Shown: positions 12,101 through 25,200 of the stretch, in pieces
How positions within the stretch are numbered: position 1 is the first letter of the stretch
Layout of the letters: each line of letters starts with the position of its first letter
Source: Eledone cirrhosa
Taxonomy: Eukaryota
Reading direction: 5' to 3'
NCBI GenBank assembly: GCA_964016885.1
Contig: OZ024744.1
Span: 23,994,001-24,058,000, forward strand
DNA: 64,000 bases
Notes under the pieces: model-generated
Database searches by the model: none
Told to the model about the DNA's origin: nothing
The model's input: the letters and a program-made list of their open reading frames with translations, nothing else
Position numbers and translations under genes: made by a program

Positions 12101-15100
12101 TAAGAACTGACTCGTTTTAACAACAGTTCAACCTTAAGAACTGACTAGTTTTAACAACAGTTTAATCTTAGAATAAAATTCGTTTTAACAACAGTTGAAT
12201 CTTAAGAACTGACTCGTTTTAACAAAAGTTGAATCTTACGAACTGACTCGTTTTAACAATAGTTGTCTCTTTAGATAAATCTCGTTTTAACAACAGTTGA
12301 ATTTTAAAACTGACTCGTTTTAACAACAGTTCAAACTTAAGAACTGATTCGTTTTAACAACAGTTTAATCTTAAAATAAAATTCGTTTAACAACAGTTGA
12401 ATCTTAAGGACTGGCTCGTTTTAACATCACATGTATATTATGATAAAACTCGTTTTAACAACAGCTGTATCTTAAGAACTGACTCGATATGACAACAGTT
12501 GAATGTTAAGAACTGACTCGTTTTAACAACAGTTCAATCTTAAGATAAAACTGATTATAACAACAGTTGCATCTTAAGAACTGACTTGTTTTAACAACAG
12601 TTAAATCTGAAGAACTGACTCGTTTTAACAACAGTTGAATCTGAAGATAAAACTCGTTTAACAACAGTTGAATCTTAAGAACTGACTCGTTTTAACGACA
12701 GATGAATCTTATGATAAAACTCGTTTTAACAACAATTGAATCTTAAGAACTGATTCGTTTTAACAACAGTTGAATCTTAAGATAAAACTAGTTTTAACAA
12801 CAGTTGAATCTTAAGATAAACTAGTTTTAACAACAGTTGAATCTTAAGAACTGACTCGTTTTAACAACAGTTGAAACTTCAAATAAAACTTGTTTTAACA
12901 ACAGTTGAATCTTAAGAACTGACTCATTTTAACAACAGTTCAATCTTAAGAACTGATTCGTTTTAACAACAGTTGAATCTTAAGATAAAACTAGTTTTAA
13001 TAACTGTTGAATCTTAAGATAAAACTCGTTTTAACAAGAGTTGAATCTTAAGAACTGACTCGTTTTAACAACAGTTGAATCTTAAATAAAACTCGTTTTA
13101 ACAACAGTTGAATCTTAAGAACTGACTCGTTTTAACAACAGTTGAATCTTAAGAACTGACTGGTTTTAACAACAGTTCAACCTTAAGAACTGACTAGTTT
13201 TAACAACAGTTGAATCTCAAGAACTGACTCGTTTTAATAACAGTTGAATCTTAAGATAAAACTCGTTTTAACAACAGTTGAATCTTAAGAAATGATTCGT
13301 TTTAATAACAGTTGAATCTTAAGAACTGACTCGTTTTAACAACAGTTCAACCTTAAGAACTGACTCGTTGTAACAACAGTTGAAACTTCAAATAAAACTC
13401 GTTTTAACCACAGTTGAATCTTAAGAACTGAATCAATTTAACAACAGTTGAATCTTAAGAACTGACTCGTGTTAATAACAATTGAATCTTAAGATAAAAC
13501 TCGTTTTAACAAAAGTTGAATCTTAAGAACTGACTCGTTTTAACAACAGCTGAATCTTAAGATAAAACTCGTTTTAACAACAGTTGAATCTTAAGAACTG
13601 ACTCGTTTTATCAACAGTTCAACCTTAAGCACTGACTCGTTTTAACAACAGTTGAATCTTCAAATAAAACTCGTTTTAATAACAGTTGAATCTTAAGAAC
13701 TGACTCGTTTTAACAACAGTTGAATCTTAAGATAAAACTCGTTTTAACAACAGTTGAATCTTAAGAACTGACTCATTTTAACAACAGTTGAATCTTAAGA
13801 TAAAACTCGTTTTAACAACAGTTGAATCTTAAGAACTGACTCGTTTTAACAACAGTTCAACCTTAAGAACTGACTCGTTTTAACAACAGTTGAATCTTCA
13901 AATAAAACTCGTTTTAACTACAGTTGAATCTTAAGAACTGACTCGTTTTAACAACAGTTGAATCTTAAGATAAAACTCGTTTTAACAACAGTTGAATCTT
14001 AAGAACTGACTCATTTTAACAACAGTTGAATCTTAAGAACTGATTCGTTTTAACAACAGTTGAATCTTCAGATAAAACTCGTTTTAACTACAGTTGAATC
14101 TTAAGAACTGATTCGTTTTAACAACAGTTGAATCTTAAGATAAAACTCGTTTTAACAACAGTTGAATCTTAAGAACTGACTCATTTTAACAACAGTTGAA
14201 TCTTAAGAACTGATTCGTTTTAACAACAGTTGAAGCTTAAGATAAAACTCGTTTTAACAACAGTTGAATCTTAAGAACTGACTCGTTTTAACAACAGTTG
14301 AATCTTAAGAAATGACTCGTTTTATTAACAGTTGAATCTTAAGAACTGACTCGTTTTATCAACAGTTCAACCTTAAGAACTGACTCATCTTAGCAACAGT
14401 TGAATCTTCAAATAAAACTCGTTTTAACAACAATTGAATCTTAAGAACTGATTCGTTTTAACAACAGCTGAATCTTAAGATAGAATTCGTTTTAACAACA
14501 GTTGAATCTTAAGATAAAATTCGTTTTAACAACAGTTGAATCTTAAGAACTGACTCATTTTAACGACAGCTGAATCTTTAGATAAAACTCGTTTTAACAA
14601 CAGTTGAATCTTAAGAACTGACTCGTTTTATCAACAGTTCAACCTTAAGAACTGACTCGTTTTAACAACAGTTGAATCCTCAAATAAAACTCGTTTTAAC
14701 AACAGTTGAATCTTAAGAACTGACTCGTTTTAACAACAGTTGAATCTTAAGATAAATCGTTTTAACAACTGTTGTATCTTAAGAACTGACTCATTTTAAC
14801 AACAGTTGAATCTTAAGATAAAACTCGTTTTAACAACAGTTGAATCTTAAGAACTGACTCGTTTTAACAACAGTTCAACCTTAAGAACTGACTCGTTTTA
14901 ACAACAGTTGAATCTTCAAATAAAACTCGTTTTAACTACAGTTGAATCTTAAGAACTGACTCGTTTTAACAACAGTTGAATCTTAAGATAAATCGTTTTA
15001 ACAACAGTTGTATCTTAAGAACTGACTCATTTTAACAACAGTTGAATCTTAAGATAAAACTCGTTTTAACAACAGTTGAATCTTAAGAACTGACTCGTTT

Positions 15101-16099
15101 TAATAACAGTTGAATCTTCAAATAAAACTCGTTTCAACAACAGTTGAATCTTAAGATAAACTCGTTTTAACAACAGTTGAATCTTAAGATAAACCTCGTT
15201 TTAACAACATTTGAATCTTAAGAACTGACTCGTTTTAACAACAGCTGCATCTTAAGATAAAACTCGTTTTAACAACAGTTGAATCTTAAGAACTGACTCG
15301 TTTTATCAACAGTTCAACCTGAAGAACTTACTCGTTTTAACAACAGTTGAATCTTCAAATAAAACTCGTTTTAACAACAGCTGAATCTTAAGATAACACT
15401 CGTTTTAACAAAAGTTGAATCTTAAGAACTGACTCGTTTTAACAACAGTTCAACCTTAAGAACTGACTAGTTTTAACAACAGTTTAATCTTAGAATAAAA
15501 TTCGTTTTAACAACAGTTGAATCTTAAGAACTGACTCGTTTTAACAAAAGTTGAATCTTACGAACTGACTCGTTTTAACAATAGTTGTCTCTTTAGATAA
15601 ATCTCGTTTTAACAACAGTTGAATTTTAAAACTGACTCGTTTTAACAACAGTTCAAACTTAAGAACTGATTCGTTTTAACAACAGTTTAATCTTAAAATA
15701 AAATTCGTTTAACAACAGTTGAATCTTAAGGACTGGCTCGTTTTAACATCACATGTATATTATGATAAAACTCGTTTTAACAACAGCTGTATCTTAAGAA
15801 CTGACTCGATATGACAACAGTTGAATGTTAAGAACTGACTCGTTTTAACAACAGTTCAATCTTAAGATAAAACTGATTATAACAACAGTTGCATCTTAAG
15901 AACTGACTTGTTTTAACAACAGTTAAATCTGAAGAACTGACTCGTTTTAACAACAGTTGAATCTGAAGATAAAACTCGTTTAACAACAGTTGAATCTTAA
16001 GAACTGACTCGTTTTAACGACAGATGAATCTTATGATAAAACTCGTTTTAACAACAATTGAATCTTAAGAACTGATTCGTTTTAACAACAGTTGAATCT

Positions 16100-19000
16100 T
16101 AAGATAAAACTAGTTTTAACAACAGTTGAATCTTAAGATAAAACTAGTTTTAACAACAGTTGAATCTTAAGAACTGACTCGTTTTAACAACAGTTGAAAC
16201 TTCAAATAAAACTTGTTTTAACAACAGTTGAATCTTAAGAACTGACTCATTTTAACAACAGTTCAATCTTAAGAACTGATTCGTTTTAACAACAGTTGAA
16301 TCTTAAGATAAAACTAGTTTTAATAACTGTTGAATCTTAAGATAAAACTCGTTTTAACAAGAGTTGAATCTTAAGAACTGACTCGTTTTAACAACAGTTG
16401 AATCTTAAATAAAACTCGTTTTAACAACAGTTGAATCTTAAGAACTGACTCGTTTTAACAACAGTTGAATCTTAAGAACTGACTGGTTTTAACAACAGTT
16501 CAACCTTAAGAACTGACTAGTTTTAACAACAGTTGAATCTCAAGAACTGACTCGTTTTAATAACAGTTGAATCTTAAGATAAAACTCGTTTTAACAACAG
16601 TTGAATCTTAAGAAATGACTCGTTTTAATAACAGTTGAATCTTAAGAACTGACTCGTTTTAACAACAGTTCAACCTTAAGAACTGACTCGTTGTAACAAC
16701 AGTTGAAACTTCAAATAAAACTCGTTTTAACCACAGTTGAATCTTAAGAACTGAATCAATTTAACAACAGTTGAATCTTAAGAACTGACTCGTGTTAACA
16801 ACAATTGAATCTTAAGATAAAACTCGTTTTAACAAAAGTTGAATCTTAAGAACTGACTCGTTTTAACAACAGCTGAATCTTAAGATAAAACTAGTTTTAA
16901 CAACAGTTGAATCTTAAGAACTGACTCGTTTTAACAACAGCTGAATCTTAAGATAAAACTCGTTTTAACAACAGTTGAATCTTAAGAACTGACTTATTTT
17001 AACAACAGTTGAATCTTAAGATAAAACTCGTTTTAACAACAGTTGAATCTTAAGAACTGACTCGTTTTAACAACAGTTCAACCTTAAGAACTGACTCGTT
17101 TTAACAACAGTTGAATCTTCAAATAAAACTCGTTTTAACTACAGTTGAATCTTAAGAACTGACTCGTTTTAACAACAGTTGAATCTTAAGATAAAACTCG
17201 TTTTAACAACAGTTGAATCTTAAGAACTGACTCATTTTAACAACAGTTGAATCTTAAGAACTGATTCGTTTTAACAACAGTTGAATCTTCAGATAAAACT
17301 CGTTTTAACTACAGTTGAATCTTAAGAACTGACTCGTTTTAACAACAGTTGAATCTTAAGATAAAACTCGTTTTAACAACAGTTGAATCTTAAGAACTGA
17401 CTCATTTTAACAACAGTTGAATCTTAAGAACTGATTCGTTTTAACAACAGTTGAATCTTAAGATAAAACTCGTTTTAACAACAGTTGAATCTTAAGAACT
17501 GACTCGTTTTATCAACAGTTCAACCTGAAGAACTTACTCGTTTTAACAACAGTTGAATCTTCAAATAAAACTCGTTTTAACAACAGCTGAATCTTAAGAT
17601 AACACTCGTTTTAACAAAAGTTGAATCTTAAGAACTGACTCGTTTTAACAACAGTTCAACCTTAAGAACTGACTAGTTTTAACAACAGTTTAATCTTAGA
17701 ATAAAATTCGTTTTAACAACAGTTGAATCTTAAGAACTGACTCGTTTTAACAAAAGTTGAATCTTACGAACTGACTCGTTTTAACAATAGTTGTCTCTTT
17801 AGATAAATCTCGTTTTAACAACAGTTGAATTTTAAAACTGACTCGTTTTAACAACAGTTCAAACTTAAGAACTGATTCGTTTTAACAACAGTTTAATCTT
17901 AAAATAAAATTCGTTTAACAACAGTTGAATCTTAAGGACTGGCTCGTTTTAACATCACATGTATATTATGATAAAACTGGTTTTAACAACAGCTGTATCT
18001 TAAGAACTGACTCGATATAACAACAGTTGAATGTTAAGAACTGACTCGTTTTAACAACAGTTCAATCTTAAGATAAAACTGATTATAACAACAGTTGCAT
18101 CTTAAGAACTGACTTGTTTTAACAACAGTTAAATCTGAAGAACTGACTCGATTTAACAACAGTTGAATCTGAAGATAAAACTCGTTTAACAACAGTTGAA
18201 TCTTAAGAACTGACTCGTTTTAACGACAGATGAATCTTATGATAAAACTCGTTTTAACAACAATTGAATCTTAAGAACTGATTCGTTTTAACAACAGTTG
18301 AATCTTAAGATAAAACTAGTTTTAACAACAGTTGAATCTTAAGATAAAACTAGTTTTAACAACAGTTGAATCTTAAGAACTGACTCGTTTTAACAACAGT
18401 TGAAACTTCAAATAAAACTTGTTTTAACAACAGTTGAATCTTAAGAACTGACTCATTTTAACAACAGTTCAATCTTAAGAACTGATTCGTTTTAACAACA
18501 GTTGAATCTTAAGATAAAACTAGTTTTAATAACTGTTGAATCTTAAGATAAAACTCGTTTTAACAAGAGTTGAATCTTAAGAACTGACTCGTTTTAACAA
18601 CAGTTGAATCTTAAATAAAACTCGTTTTAACAACAGTTGAATCTTAAGAACTGACTCGTTTTAACAACAGTTGAATCTTAAGAACTGACTGGTTTTAACA
18701 ACAGTTCAACCTTAAGAACTGACTAGTTTTAACAACAGTTGAATCTCAAGAACTGACTCGTTTTAATAACAGTTGAATCTTAAGATAAAACTCGTTTTAA
18801 CAACAGTTGAATCTTAAGAAATGACTCGTTTTAATAACAGTTGAATCTTAAGAACTGACTCGTTTTAACAACAGTTCAACCTTAAGAACTGACTCGTTGT
18901 AACAACAGTTGAAACTTCAAATAAAACTCGTTTTAACCACAGTTGAATCTTAAGAACTGAATCAATTTAACAACAGTTGAATCTTAAGAACTGACTCGTG

Positions 19001-20510
19001 TTAACAACAATTGAATCTTAAGATAAAACTCGTTTTAACAAAAGTTGAATCTTAAGAACTGACTCGTTTTAACAACAGCTGAATCTTAAGATAAAACTAG
19101 TTTTAACAACAGTTGAATCTTAAGAACTGACTCGTTTTAACAACAGCTGAATCTTAAGATAAAACTCGTTTTAACAACAGTTGAATCTTAAGAACTGACT
19201 TATTTTAACAACAGTTGAATCTTAAGATAAAACTCGTTTTAACAACAGTTGAATCTTAAGAACTGACTCGTTTTAACAACAGTTCAACCTTAAGAACTGA
19301 CTCGTTTTAACAACAGTTGAATCTTCAAATAAAACTCGTTTTAACTACAGTTGAATCTTAAGAACTGACTCGTTTTAACAACAGTTGAATCTTAAGATAA
19401 AACTCGTTTTAACAACAGTTGAATCTTAAGAACTGACTCATTTTAACAACAGTTGAATCTTAAGAACTGATTCGTTTTAACAACAGTTGAATCTTCAGAT
19501 AAAACTCGTTTTAACTACAGTTGAATCTTAAGAACTGACTCGTTTTAACAACAGTTGAATCTTAAGATAAAACTCGTTTTAACAACAGTTGAATCTTAAG
19601 AACTGACTCATTTTAACAACAGTTGAATCTTAAGAACTGATTCGTTTTAACAACAGTTGAATCTTAAGATAAAACTCGTTTTAACAACAGTTGAATCTTA
19701 AGAACTGACTCGTTTTATCAACAGTTCAACCTGAAGAACTTACTCGTTTTAACAACAGTTGAATCTTCAAATAAAACTCGTTTTAACAACAGCTGAATCT
19801 TAAGATAACACTCGTTTTAACAAAAGTTGAATCTTAAGAACTGACTCGTTTTAACAACAGTTCAACCTTAAGAACTGACTAGTTTTAACAACAGTTTAAT
19901 CTTAGAATAAAATTCGTTTTAACAACAGTTGAATCTTAAGAAGTGACTCGTTTTAACAAAAGTTGAATCTTACGAACTGACTCGTTTTAACAATAGTTGT
20001 CTCTTTAGATAAATCTCGTTTTAACAACAGTTGAATTTTAAAACTGACTCGTTTTAACAACAGTTCAAACTTAAGAACTGATTCGTTTTAACAACAGTTT
20101 AATCTTAAAATAAAATTCGTTTAACAACAGTTGAATCTTAAGGACTGGCTCGTTTTAACATCACATGTATATTATGATAAAACTGGTTTTAACAACAGCT
20201 GTATCTTAAGAACTGACTCGATATAACAACAGTTGAATGTTAAGAACTGACTCGTTTTAACAACAGTTCAATCTTAAGATAAAACTGATTATAACAACAG
20301 TTGCATCTTAAGAACTGACTTGTTTTAACAACAGTTAAATCTGAAGAACTGACTCGATTTAACAACAGTTGAATCTGAAGATAAAACTCGTTTAACAACA
20401 GTTGAATCTTAAGAACTGACTCGTTTTAACGACAGATGAATCTTATGATAAAACTCGTTTTAACAACAATTGAATCTTAAGAACTGATTCGTTTTAACAA
20501 CAGTTGAATC
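16100..20510. repeat. Tandem duplication of a 2206-bp (~65-monomer) unit
   Basis: Markers 15747, 17953 and 20159 are 2206 apart. The variants downstream of marker 7231 (TTAAGGTAAA, GTTTGAAC, AAGCACTG) reappear at offset 12928 = 10722 + 2206 (e.g. 8471 to 21399). Confidence 0.85.
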
Positions 20511-23500
20511 TTAAGGTAAAACTAGTTTTAACAACAGTTGAATCTTAAGATAAAACTAGTTTTAACAACAGTTGAATCTTAAGAACTGACTCGTTTTAAC
20601 AACAGTTGAAACTTCAAATAAAACTTGTTTTAACAACTGTTGAATCTTAAGAACTGACTCATTTTAACAACAGTTCAATCTTAAGAACTGATTCGTTTTA
20701 ACAACAGTTGAATCTTAAGATAAAACTAGTTTTAATAACTGTTGAATCTTAAGATAAAACTCGTTTTAACAAGAGTTGAATCTTAAGAACTGACTCGTTT
20801 TAACAACAGTTGAATCTTAAATAAAACTCGTTTTAACAACAGTTGAATCTTAAGAACTGACTCGTTTTAACAACAGTTGAATCTTAAGAAATGACTGGTT
20901 TTAACAACAGATGAATCTTAAGAACTGACTGGTTTTAACAACAGTTCAACCTTAAGAACTGACTAGTTTGAACAACAGTTGAATCTTAAGATAAAACTCG
21001 TTTTAAAAACAGTTGAATCTTAAGATAAAACTCGTTTTAACAACAGTTGAATCTTAAGAAATGACTCGTTTTAATAACAGTTGAATCTTAAGAACTGACT
21101 CGTTTTAACAACAGTTCAACCTTAAGAACTGACTCGTTGTAACAACAGTTGAAACTTCAAATAAAACTCGTTTTAACCACAGTTGAATCTTAAGAACTGA
21201 ATCAATTTAACAACAGTTGAATCTTAAGAACTGACTCGTGTTAACAACAATTGAATCTTAAGATGAAACTCGTTTTAACAAAAGTTGAATCTTAAGAACT
21301 GACTCGTTTTAACAACAGCTGAATCTTAAGATAAAACTCGTTTTAACAACAGTTGAATCTTAAGAACTGACTCGTTTTATCAACAGTTCAACCTTAAGCA
21401 CTGACTCGTTTTAACAACAGTTGAATCTTCAAATAAAACTCGTTTTAATAACAGTTGAATCTTAAGAACTGACTCGTTTTAACAACAGTTGAATCTTAAG
21501 ATAAAACTCGTTTTAACAACAGTTGAATCTTAAGAACTGACTCATTTTAACAACAGTTGAATCTTAAGATAAAACTCGTTTTAACAACAGTTGAATCTTA
21601 AGAACTGACACGTTTTAACAACAGTTCAACCTTAAGAACTGACTCGTTTTAACAACAGTTGAATCTTCAAATAAAACTCGTTTTAACTACAGTTGAATCT
21701 TCAGAACTGACTCGTTTTAACAACAGTTGAATCTTAACATAAAACTCGTTTTAACAACAGTTCAATCTTAAGAACTGACTCATTTTAACAACAGTTGAAT
21801 CTTAAGAACTGATTCGTTTTAACAACAGTTGAATCTTCAGATAAAACTCGTTTTAACTACAGTTGAATCTTAAGAACTGACTCGTTTTAACAACAGCTGA
21901 ATCTTAAGATAAAACTCTTTTTAACAACAGTTGAATCTTAAGAACTGACTCGTTTTAACAACAGTTGAATCTTAAATAAAACTCGTTTTAACAACAGTTG
22001 AATCTTAAGAACTGACTCGTTTTAACAACAGTTGAATCTTAAGAACTGACTGGTTTTAACAACAGTTCAACCTTAAGAACTGACTAGTTTTAACAACAGT
22101 TGAATCTCAAGAACTGACTCGTTTTAATAACAGTTGAATCTTAAGATAAAACTCGTTTTAACAACAGTTGAATCTTAAGAAATGACTCGTTTTAATAACA
22201 GTTGAATCTTAAGAACTGACTCGTTTTAACAACAGTTCAACCTTAAGAACTGACTCGTTGTAACAACAGTTGAAACTTCAAATAAAACTCGTTTTAACCA
22301 CAGTTGAATCTTAAGAACTGAATCAATTTAACAACAGTTGAATCTTAAGAACTGACTCGTGTTAACAACAATTGAATCTTAAGATAAAACTCGTTTTAAC
22401 AAAAGTTGAATCTTAAGAACTGACTCGTTTTAACAACAGCTGAATCTTAAGATAAAACTAGTTTTAACAACAGTTGAATCTTAAGAACTGACTCGTTTTA
22501 ACAACAGCTGAATCTTAAGATAAAACTCGTTTTAACAACAGTTGAATCTTAAGAACTGACTTATTTTAACAACAGTTGAATCTTAAGATAAAACTCGTTT
22601 TAACAACAGTTGAATCTTAAGAACTGACTCGTTTTAACAACAGTTCAACCTTAAGAACTGACTCGTTTTAACAACAGTTGAATCTTCAAATAAAACTCGT
22701 TTTAACTACAGTTGAATCTTAAGAACTGACTCGTTTTAACAACAGTTGAATCTTAAGATAAAACTCGTTTTAACAACAGTTGAATCTTAAGAACTGACTC
22801 ATTTTAACAACAGTTGAATCTTAAGAACTGATTCGTTTTAACAACAGTTGAATCTTCAGATAAAACTCGTTTTAACTACAGTTGAATCTTAAGAACTGAC
22901 TCGTTTTAACAACAGTTGAATCTTAAGATAAAACTCGTTTTAACAACAGTTGAATCTTAAGAACTGACTCATTTTAACAACAGTTGAATCTTAAGAACTG
23001 ATTCGTTTTAACAACAGTTGAATCTTAAGATAAAACTCGTTTTAACAACAGTTGAATCTTAAGAACTGACTCGTTTTATCAACAGTTCAACCTGAAGAAC
23101 TTACTCGTTTTAACAACAGTTGAATCTTCAAATAAAACTCGTTTTAACAACAGCTGAATCTTAAGATAACACTCGTTTTAACAAAAGTTGAATCTTAAGA
23201 ACTGACTCGTTTTAACAACAGTTCAACCTTAAGAACTGACTAGTTTTAACAACAGTTTAATCTTAGAATAAAATTCGTTTTAACAACAGTTGAATCTTAA
23301 GAACTGACTCGTTTTAACAAAAGTTGAATCTTACGAACTGACTCGTTTTAACAATAGTTGTCTCTTTAGATAAATCTCGTTTTAACAACAGTTGAATTTT
23401 AAAACTGACTCGTTTTAACAACAGTTCAAACTTAAGAACTGATTCGTTTTAACAACAGTTTAATCTTAAAATAAAATTCGTTTAACAACAGTTGAATCTT

Positions 23501-25200
23501 AAGGACTGGCTCGTTTTAACATCACATGTATATTATGATAAAACTGGTTTTAACAACAGCTGTATCTTAAGAACTGACTCGATATAACAACAGTTGAATG
23601 TTAAGAACTGACTCGTTTTAACAACAGTTCAATCTTAAGATAAAACTGATTATAACAACAGTTGCATCTTAAGAACTGACTTGTTTTAACAACAGTTAAA
23701 TCTGAAGAACTGACTCGATTTAACAACAGTTGAATCTGAAGATAAAACTCGTTTAACAACAGTTGAATCTTAAGAACTGACTCGTTTTAACGACAGATGA
23801 ATCTTATGATAAAACTCGTTTTAACAACAATTGAATCTTAAGAACTGATTCGTTTTAACAACAGTTGAATCTTAAGGTAAAACTAGTTTTAACAACAGTT
23901 GAATCTTAAGATAAAACTAGTTTTAACAACAGTTGAATCTTAAGAACTGACTCGTTTTAACAACAGTTGAAACTTCAAATAAAACTTGTTTTAACAACTG
24001 TTGAATCTTAAGAACTGACTCATTTTAACAACAGTTCAATCTTAAGAACTGATTCGTTTTAACAACAGTTGAATCTTAAGATAAAACTAGTTTTAATAAC
24101 TGTTGAATCTTAAGATAAAACTCGTTTTAACAAGAGTTGAATCTTAAGAACTGACTCGTTTTAACAACAGTTGAATCTTAAATAAAACTCGTTTTAACAA
24201 CAGTTGAATCTTAAGAACTGACTCGTTTTAACAACAGTTGAATCTTAAGAAATGACTGGTTTTAACAACAGTTCAACCTTAAGAACTGACTAGTTTGAAC
24301 AACAGTTGAATCTTAAGATAAAACTCGTTTTAAAAACAGTTGAATCTTAAGATAAAACTCGTTTTAACAACAGTTGAATCTTAAGAAATGACTCGTTTTA
24401 ATAACAGTTGAATCTTAAGAACTGACTCGTTTTAACAACAGTTCAACCTTAAGAACTGACTCGTTGTAACAACAGTTGAAACTTCAAATAAAACTCGTTT
24501 TAACCACAGTTGAATCTTAAGAACTGAATCAATTTAACAACAGTTGAATCTTAAGAACTGACTCGTGTTAACAACAATTGAATCTTAAGATGAAACTCGT
24601 TTTAACAAAAGTTGAATCTTAAGAACTGACTCGTTTTAACAACAGCTGAATCTTAAGATAAAACTCGTTTTAACAACAGTTGAATCTTAAGAACTGACTC
24701 GTTTTATCAACAGTTCAACCTTAAGCACTGACTCGTTTTAACAACAGTTGAATCTTCAAATAAAACTCGTTTTAATAACAGTTGAATCTTAAGAACTGAC
24801 TCGTTTTAACAACAGTTGAATCTTAAGATAAAACTCGTTTTAACAACAGTTGAATCTTAAGAACTGACTCATTTTAACAACAGTTGAATCTTAAGATAAA
24901 ACTCGTTTTAACAACAGTTGAATCTTAAGAACTGACACGTTTTAACAACAGTTCAACCTTAAGAACTGACTCGTTTTAACAACAGTTGAATCTTCAAATA
25001 AAACTCGTTTTAACTACAGTTGAATCTTCAGAACTGACTCGTTTTAACAACAGTTGAATCTTAACATAAAACTCGTTTTAACAACAGTTCAATCTTAAGA
25101 ACTGACTCATTTTAACAACAGTTGAATCTTAAGAACTGATTCGTTTTAACAACAGTTGAATCTTCAGATAAAATTCGTTTTAACTACAGTTGAATCTTAA
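18590..25200. repeat. Tandem duplication with offset 3361, then 3327 after loss of one monomer
   Basis: TTAAATAAAA pairs as 18611/21972, markers as 20159/23520 and AAGCACTG as 21399/24726. The private variants GACACG, CTTCAGAAC and TTAACATAAA are shared between ~21.6-21.75 kb and ~24.9-25.1 kb. Confidence 0.85.

Larger units (their letters stand above)
1..18290. repeat. Large direct duplication: ~1-7560 repeated at ~10724-18290 (offset 10723/10722)
   Basis: The private variant AACCGCAGCTGAATCTTATAATACAA occurs at ~517 and ~11240. Markers pair as 1702/12425, 5025/15747 and 7231/17953. The offset drops by 1 after a single-A deletion near 12820. Confidence 0.9.
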
